A stretch of 64,000 nt of DNA from Podarcis liolepis (lineage: Eukaryota), in the NCBI GenBank assembly GCA_965112155.1, contig OZ218100.1; one strand, 5' to 3'. Of this stretch, positions 59,901 through 64,000 are shown piece after piece. The position numbers and the translations under genes are program-made. Position 1 is the first letter of the stretch. Every line of letters begins with the position of its first letter. The notes under the pieces are model-generated. The model saw only the letters and a program-made list of their open reading frames with translations. It was not told the origin of the DNA and made no database searches.

Positions 59901-62900
59901 AATGCTATCTACATTCTGCCTTTCACACTTATCTCTTGCTCTGTGCATATGTGTGTGCACTTTACTGCTTTTTACTGGATAAACACTCATTAAGTCACCC
60001 ATTAAAACCTATTCCAAATAAACAGTTTTGGAAAAATCTTAAACCAAAGGAATAAATAACGTTAGTAAATGGTCTCACTTGTCAAAGAACCATTTAAACT
60101 TACTTTATTTGTAGCATTTTTAATCCTTCCCTTCCTCCGCTGAACTCAGAAAGCTGTAGTTCAGCCTCTTTCCCCCTCTCCCAGCCAAGTAGATTAGAGA
60201 GAGCCTACAAATACCCTATGAACTTTATGAATTTCCCCCCTCTTGCATGCATCCCCAGTTTGGATTCCACCCAAAAACTCTGTGTGAGTTTCTCAAAATT
60301 AAACTATTTGTTGCTGCTGTCCCTCAGAAAAAAGTACAACAATATTTCACAGTATTGTAAATTAACTGATGTCCGAAAACCAAGTTTAATATTCTTAATT
60401 TATCCTTTTCTTTCTTAGGGCGAAAGGAGGTGCATAACGTTCTATTTTCCTAAACTCCTTATTGTTGGTCTTTTGTGGCTGGCTTCTGTTACATTAGGAA
60501 TATGGCAGACGTGAGTAACTTACCTCTTTTCCTCATTCCTCTTTCCCCTTCTCTGATCACTAAATAGCCTTGAACAAGAAAGCAGGATTTTTTTTAATAG
60601 TTCCCATCTTTTGCTTTTCCTCTAGTAAAAGCAAAGACTAAGTCCACCATTTGAAGAGTGTAAAGCACATGTTGAAACTGCAGTAAATATTGGGAGATAG
60701 CTTTGTGTCCTGAGATCTGACTAAAGTCTTCCTTAGCTGCATAGATTCAGTCTGTTAGCATATGATCAGAATATGAAGTCTTCCTACTACATAGAGAGAG
60801 CCCACTTTGCTCGTGGTTGAGGTACCCTCTGGAACAGATTGAGGGAGTCCAGGAACCTTCATGGTAAGGAAGAATCACTGAAAATTCTCTCCCTCCCCTA
60901 TTCCGCCGAGGAATTATTTTCTTCCATGGGTAAGCACTTCATTGGATACTCAAGAAGTGGCAAACGTTGTTCAGCTCTGAGTAGTCATAGGATTTTTAAA
61001 CATTTTCCTAGTGCTATTTGAATGTGTTGGTTCCAGCTTTCTCAGTTCTGCATAAATAGGAAACATAATTACAAACTCAAATTGGAATCAATTTTTTCTG
61101 GCTTTTTCTTGGAAACTGTTGGGAAGACTAGTAGAGAGAGTCTAAATCTGTATCTTATTAAGATGAGGGGGAAGAAATGACCAAATTTTTTAACATGTTA
61201 GTTTCTATGGACTTATTTTTAGTTTTATGATGCGTACAAATTCTTACATTAAATGGTCTTGTGTTGTTGTTTTTTAGTGTCAATGAACTACATGACCCAA
61301 CATACCAGTATGGGATTGACACAAACAACTTTCAGGTAAATTAGTGTGAACAATCCTTTCTGTTTATATAAGAAATGCTGTGTGGATTATCAGATTTTGA
61401 AAAATGCTGAGCTATTTTGATCCGTCTGTCCAGCTGATGTCCTATTCTGACACAACTGCAAAACGATAGGTAACAGGCTGTCACTTAAATATTGGTTGTA
61501 GCTTTGCTTACATTTAGTTTCTAGAGACTTCTTCTGAGATCCCTGGAAGAACCTTCAGAAAAAGAATGGTGAGAACCCACTTAAATTCAGGGTTAGAAAC
61601 TTGAAATTGTTACGTGTAAGACTTCCCTGATCACAACAAAAGCCTACCAGCTTTGCAAAAAAACATCTCACACAGATTCTTGTAATTAGGAGAATCTCAC
61701 ATGTAACAAAATCAAGTTTTTAAAGGGCTATCACATGGAAGATGGAGCAAGCTTGTTCTCTCCCACTCCAGAGTATAGGACCTGAACCAATAGATTCAAG
61801 TTACAAAAAAGGAGATTCTGACTAAACATCAGGAATAATTTTTTGACTGTAAGAGCTGCTTCATGCTGGAACAGACTCCTTCTAAACATGATGGACTCTC
61901 CTTCCTTTGAGGTTTTTAAGTATAGGTGGATAGCCGTCTTCCAGGGATGCTTTAGTTGATATTCCTGCATTTCAGGGGTTGGACTCCCTTCCAACTTCCC
62001 TTCTACAATTCTATTATTCTAATTTTGTTGAAAGACTTTTGTTGCCCACTTTTGTAAACTATAACTCTTTGTTGGTCATCAGTTATAGCTTTCATTTAGA
62101 TTCTTAGAAGTCCAGTTGCTGTTTCTAGGATCACGTGAGGATGTCTTAATACAACACAATAAATATTGGGAGATAATTGTATTAAGAGAAAATGAAACAG
62201 AACAAGAAAAATGAAGTGACTTATGAAAATGAAGTCACTGTTCTCAGCTTCTTTTAAAAACATGTGACCACCTGTGCACCAGGTGTGCAAATCAGGGGAA
62301 ACACATAGAGAAACAGGATCGATAGCACAACATCCCTATGTTTAGCCTGACCAGCATTTTGGAAATCATGTAAAACTGTTCTTATCCGAGAAGCATATAG
62401 TGACTGGGACTAAGTTTAGCCATGGTTATTCAAATGTAAAGGCTTTCATCTAAAGGCACTTTTGCCTGAGGGAAAGGCTGGATATGCACCTTTGACACTG
62501 GAGACATATATTTTAGGGCCCATCCCATTCTCATGGCTGTAATTTGTTTTAACTGTCTTTGATAATGTATTTTTACATTCTTGTAAGCTGCCCTTGGACC
62601 TCATCATGAAGGATAGGAAAGAAATGTTGTTGTCATAATCGTCATCAGAATAATATTTTTAAAACTTTTGTATATATTTTTGTAACAGGGTATGAAAATC
62701 TTCTTCCTTGTGGTGGCAGCTGTGTACATTTTGTACCTTTTGTTCCTGATAATCAGGGCATGCTCAGAACTCCGTAACATGCCCTATGTCGGTAAGCTCT
62801 GTTCTGTGCCAGTCATGGTTGCTGCGTGGCAATGTTCTTCCAGTGAGATATTTGTGTTCACTTTCAGGTAACCATTTTTCTTCTCCTTTCCTCAGATCTC

Positions 62901-62947
62901 AGGCTAAAATTCTTGACCGCGTTGACATTTGTAGTTCTCGTCATTAG
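43919..62947 (+). CDS. TMEM181: TMEM181 (transmembrane protein 181 / GPR178, Wntless-like multi-pass membrane protein), partial: 3' exons lie beyond the window
   Basis: Exons join in frame to give ..DDRYYRLAPMRLYTLSKRHFVLVFVVFFICFG..STYNQQLWLTCVVELDQ..HNRTRTL..WKTYNSAFSQVEIWFRF..SLRKFSMRDWGIEQKW..DPFFPLSFLINSWFPGMLDDLFQS..DLRLKFLTALTFVVLVI, recognisable as TMEM181. Confidence 0.96.
44991..45351 (+). mobile_element. Full-length Sauria SINE
   Basis: tRNA-like head (A box tggcgctgtgg, B box ggttcgaatcc); body ..gcagttcgaaagcacg..agataaataggtacc..; (ccttta)n tail; 13-bp TSD tatacatactaca / tatgcatactaca. Confidence 0.9.
45815..46450. promoter_or_regulatory. Second CpG island / housekeeping-type promoter of TMEM181 (exon 1b)
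   Basis: ZNF143/THAP11-type ACTACAATTCCCA at 45820-45832; GC boxes ggccccgcccc near 46007 and 46028; ETS-like GCGGAAGTG at 46081-46089; NRF1 palindrome GCGCATGCGC at 46183-46192. Confidence 0.85.
46187..46209 (+). CDS. TMEM181: TMEM181 alternative first exon 1b, short coding part (MRS)MDMDL
   Basis: In-frame ATGs at 46187, 46196 and 46202; donor GATCT|gtgagt in phase 2 joins exon 2 (CT+G = Leu); lies in the CpG island. Confidence 0.75.
47084..47576 (+). mobile_element. 5'-truncated CR1 LINE (ORF2 C-terminus plus 3' UTR)
   Basis: ORF 47091..47450 [43 protein letters not shown] is a typical CR1 ORF2 end; terminal ttctatgattctat. Confidence 0.9.
48457..48665 (+). mobile_element. Ancient MIR/CORE-like SINE
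   Basis: tRNA-like head gcatagtgggtaagagag; core acctgcaatatgggag..ataata..cagggttgttgtaaggatt; tail aagtgctttg..aagcactat. Confidence 0.55.
48739..48991. mobile_element. Tc1/mariner-type MITE with internal TTCGTCTTGCGA repeats
   Basis: TA|cagtggtgcctcgcaagacgaa ... ttcgtcttgtggggcaccactg|TA. Confidence 0.88.
49640..49769. mobile_element. hAT-type palindromic MITE (130 bp) with intact 8-bp TSD
   Basis: TIR cagtgatggccaaact / agtttggccatcactg; TSD ctctaggg at 49632-49639 and 49770-49777. Confidence 0.92.
50328..50423 (+). CDS. TMEM181: Candidate additional TMEM181 5' exon (96-nt in-frame cassette or alternative first exon; MGGSACGLRDILRSLNPGFVVINHFVPAR)
   Basis: Polypyrimidine acceptor ..cttttgtacattgcag|; ATG at 50338; donor GCAAG|gtatga in phase 2; stop-free; locally CpG-enriched. 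Confidence 0.55.
51651..51754 (+). CDS. TMEM181: TMEM181 exon 2 (104 nt) LAPMRLYTLSKRHFVLVFVVFFICFGLTVLIGIA
   Basis: tttgcag|GTTGGC ... TGCAG|gtaaga. Confidence 0.95.
52227..52262. repeat. 18-bp perfect tandem duplication
   Basis: (gtaatcactagtaaaagt)x2. Confidence 0.9.
52496..52719 (+). mobile_element. MITE family A, copy 4
   Basis: TA|cagtggtacctcagg...gaggtaccgctg|TA. Confidence 0.9.
52910..52966 (-). mobile_element. Sauria-SINE 3' tail fragment
   Basis: aaaggtaaaggacccttggac is the reverse complement of the (ccttta)n tail region. Confidence 0.45.
54738..54872. mobile_element. Degenerate hAT-type palindromic MITE
   Basis: TIR cagggctggggaa / ttccccaaccctg; core ggactaaaactcccat...atgggagttgg. 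Confidence 0.7.
55399..55454 (+). CDS. TMEM181: TMEM181 exon 3 (56 nt) GPNVIEPFQVKSQLNNGSK
   Basis: gtatag|GTCCC ... CCAAG|gtaagt; phase 1-0. Confidence 0.88.
56152..56216 (+). mobile_element. tRNA-derived SINE head fragment (Squam3-like)
   Basis: gggccatgactcagtggcagaacac...agattcaatccc, degenerate A/B boxes. Confidence 0.5.
56298..56470 (-). mobile_element. L2 LINE reverse-transcriptase fragment
   Basis: ORF 56229..56495 CNQYGDYTQLSLSFSS..VLNQRMSRVKDWMQAN resembles the degenerate RT motif HQYADDTQLY..WM.AN.L. Confidence 0.7.
56598..56688 (+). CDS. TMEM181: TMEM181 exon 4 (91 nt) IRPFNLSSPPLSTYNQQLWLTCVVELDQRF
   Basis: gttttag|ATAAGG ... TTTTG|gtaagt. Confidence 0.93.
56953..56989. repeat. 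(AT)n(ATGT)n microsatellite
   Basis: Direct inspection. Confidence 0.9.
57039..57169 (+). CDS. TMEM181: TMEM181 exon 5 (131 nt) DNKWNGLKKTFNMLVTISGVIENASVRYFNKELHNRTRTLNCAQ
   Basis: tttttcag|ATAAC ... GCACAG|gtaatg; phase 1-0. Confidence 0.9.
57922..58029 (+). CDS. TMEM181: TMEM181 exon 6 (108 nt) QCAEFIVVHLGYLNYTRYEITVAFENLPPIKHYNFT
   Basis: ctcctag|CAATGT ... TTCACA|gtaagt. Confidence 0.92.
58291..58371 (+). CDS. TMEM181: TMEM181 exon 7 (81 nt) WKTYNSAFSQVEIWFRFVFVVLTFIVT
   Basis: ctttcag|TGGAAA ... GTCACA|gtgagt. Confidence 0.95.
58794..58893 (+). CDS. TMEM181: TMEM181 exon 8 (100 nt) CLFAHSLRKFSMRDWGIEQKWMSILLPLLLLYN
   Basis: tttgcag|TGTCTC ... TAATG|gtattt. Confidence 0.95.
59315..59650 (-). 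mobile_element. L2 LINE ORF2 C-terminus / 3' end fragment
   Basis: Minus ORF 59557..59778 contains RAFSVAAPRLCKSSPKESCLAPS, like the L2 motif RAFSVAAPRLWNSLP. Confidence 0.65.
59748..59878 (+). CDS. TMEM181: TMEM181 exon 9 (131 nt) DPFFPLSFLINSWFPGMLDDLFQSLFLCALLLFWLCVYHGIRVQ
   Basis: gttgcag|ATCCA ... GTGCAG|gtcagg; inside ORF 59606..60055. Confidence 0.95.
60419..60510 (+). CDS. TMEM181: TMEM181 exon 10 (92 nt) GERRCITFYFPKLLIVGLLWLASVTLGIWQT
   Basis: ttcttag|GGCGAA ... CAGAC|gtgagt. Confidence 0.94.
61278..61335 (+). CDS. TMEM181: TMEM181 exon 11 (58 nt) VNELHDPTYQYGIDTNNFQ
   Basis: tttttag|TGTCAAT ... TTTCAG|gtaaat. Confidence 0.93.
61721..62021 (+). mobile_element. 5'-truncated CR1 LINE 3' end
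   Basis: Collinear with 47280-47576 (aagggct.tcac.tgga.gatggagcaagctt...ggttggact..ccttccaac..attctattattcta). Confidence 0.8.
62689..62791 (+). CDS. TMEM181: TMEM181 exon 12 (103 nt) GMKIFFLVVAAVYILYLLFLIIRACSELRNMPYV
   Basis: gtaacag|GGTATG ... TGTCG|gtaagc. Confidence 0.95.
62896..62947 (+). CDS. TMEM181: TMEM181 exon 13 (52 nt) DLRLKFLTALTFVVLVI
   Basis: tcctcag|ATCTC ... ATTAG|gtaaga. Confidence 0.94.
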
Positions 62948-63042
62948 GTAAGATATTAATTCTTTTCTGAAAGGTGCTAGATACAGAAAACATTCTGCTG
63001 AGGTGCAGATTAGCATTTTACGCATTTCTGATAAAGCACATA

Positions 63043-63500
63043 CAGTCAAACCTCAGATCCCAAACGCCTCCGTTTTGGAACATTTCAGCTCCCGAACGAC
63101 AAAAACCCAGAAGTAAATGCTCTGGTTTTCAAATGTACAGTGGTACCTTGGGTCAAGAACTTAATTCATTCTGGAGGTCTGTTCTTAACCTGAAACTGTT
63201 CTTAACCTGAGGTAACACTTTAGCTAATGGGGCCTCCCACTGCCGCCGTGCGATTTCTGTTCTCATCCTGAAGCAAAGTCCTTAACCCGAGGTACTATTT
63301 CTGGGTTAGCGGAGTTTGTAATCTAAAGCATCTGTAACCTGAGGTACCACTGTATTTCAGAAGCCGAATGTCCAATACAGCTTCCGCTTGAGTGCAGGAA
63401 GCTCCTGCAACCAATCGGAAGCCATGCCTCGGTTGTCGAACATTTCAGAAGCCGAATGGGCTTCCAGAACGGATAACGTTTGACAACCGAGGTTTGACGA
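63043..63500. mobile_element. Tc1/mariner-type MITE interrupted by a nested family A MITE
   Basis: TA|cagtcaaacctc ... gaggtttgacga|TA. Confidence 0.75.
63138..63352 (-). mobile_element. MITE family A, copy 5 (reverse orientation, nested)
   Basis: TA|cagtggtaccttggg...gaggtaccactg|TA; internal sequence is the reverse complement of copies 1-4. Confidence 0.9.
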
Positions 63501-63739
63501 TATTAGATGCCGATACATTATGCTTGGCATATATACATGTAATATTTTTTAGTTTTTACAAACCACTTAGACTGTTTTGGTATTGTGGTATATAAATATA
63601 TGAAATAATAACTTCCATTGGCACAATTACCACATCCTTCCCACAACTGCATCCCCTCCCATGCACTCATCTTTTGAGAATCTGGATGTTCCTGTGCATT
63701 GACAGTAGATTTAATTAGGAAGGCTAACATTTGCCCTAA

Positions 63740-64000
63740 GGGACACGGGTGGCGCCGGTGGTTCGAATCCCTGTGATGGGGTGAGCTCCTGTTGTTCAGT
63801 CCCAGCTCCTGCCAATCTAGCAGTTCGAAAGCACGCCAAAAAGTGCAAGTAGATAAATAGGTACCGCTCTGGCGGGAAGGTAAACGGCGTTTCCGTGCGC
63901 TGTTCTGGTTTCAGCAGAAGCGGCTTAGTCATGCTGGCTACATGACCCGGAAAAACTGTCTGCAGACAAACTTCGGCGAGATGAGCGCTGCAACCCCAGA
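63740..64000 (+). mobile_element. Sauria SINE with a deletion in the head, truncated by the window end
   Basis: gggacacgggtggcgc joined directly to cggtggttcgaatccc; body matches 45060-45300. Confidence 0.88.

Noticed and set aside
62860-62873. AG|GT (ctttcag|gtaacc) inside the 104-nt TMEM181 intron 12 as a recursive site or microexon
   Set aside because: The remaining downstream intron would be only about 28 nt, too short to splice. The taac is more likely the branch point.

Overview
Vertebrate genomic DNA, most likely a squamate (lacertid-like) lizard: it carries Sauria-type SINEs, CR1/L2 remnants and squamate-style MITEs. There are two tandem + strand multi-exon genes. The first is the 3' part of TULP4: 12 coding exons (exons 3-14 by recalled human numbering, 12376-36446) plus a 3' UTR of about 5 kb. 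The second is the 5' part of TMEM181: two CpG-island first exons and exons 2-13 (43919-62947), running off the window. All exon boundaries were read from the sequence as AG/GT sites with consistent reading phase. The most interesting observations are: (i) a probable third, in-frame TMEM181 5' exon at 50328-50423 encoding an MGGSAC... N-terminus with a myristoylation/palmitoylation-like signal; (ii) a Penelope-like insertion with a minimal hammerhead-ribozyme fold (G12A-inactivated), an inverted terminal arm, a nested MITE and a 14-bp TSD; (iii) near-identical inverted CR1 tails flanking TULP4 exons 4-9, which is back-splicing/circRNA architecture; (iv) a perfect 53-bp inverted repeat of non-TE sequence in TULP4 intron 7; (v) a recursive-splice-type exon start (AG|GTGAGT). 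No prokaryotic systems or CRISPR arrays are present. Repeat family names come from recalled motifs, not from database searches.
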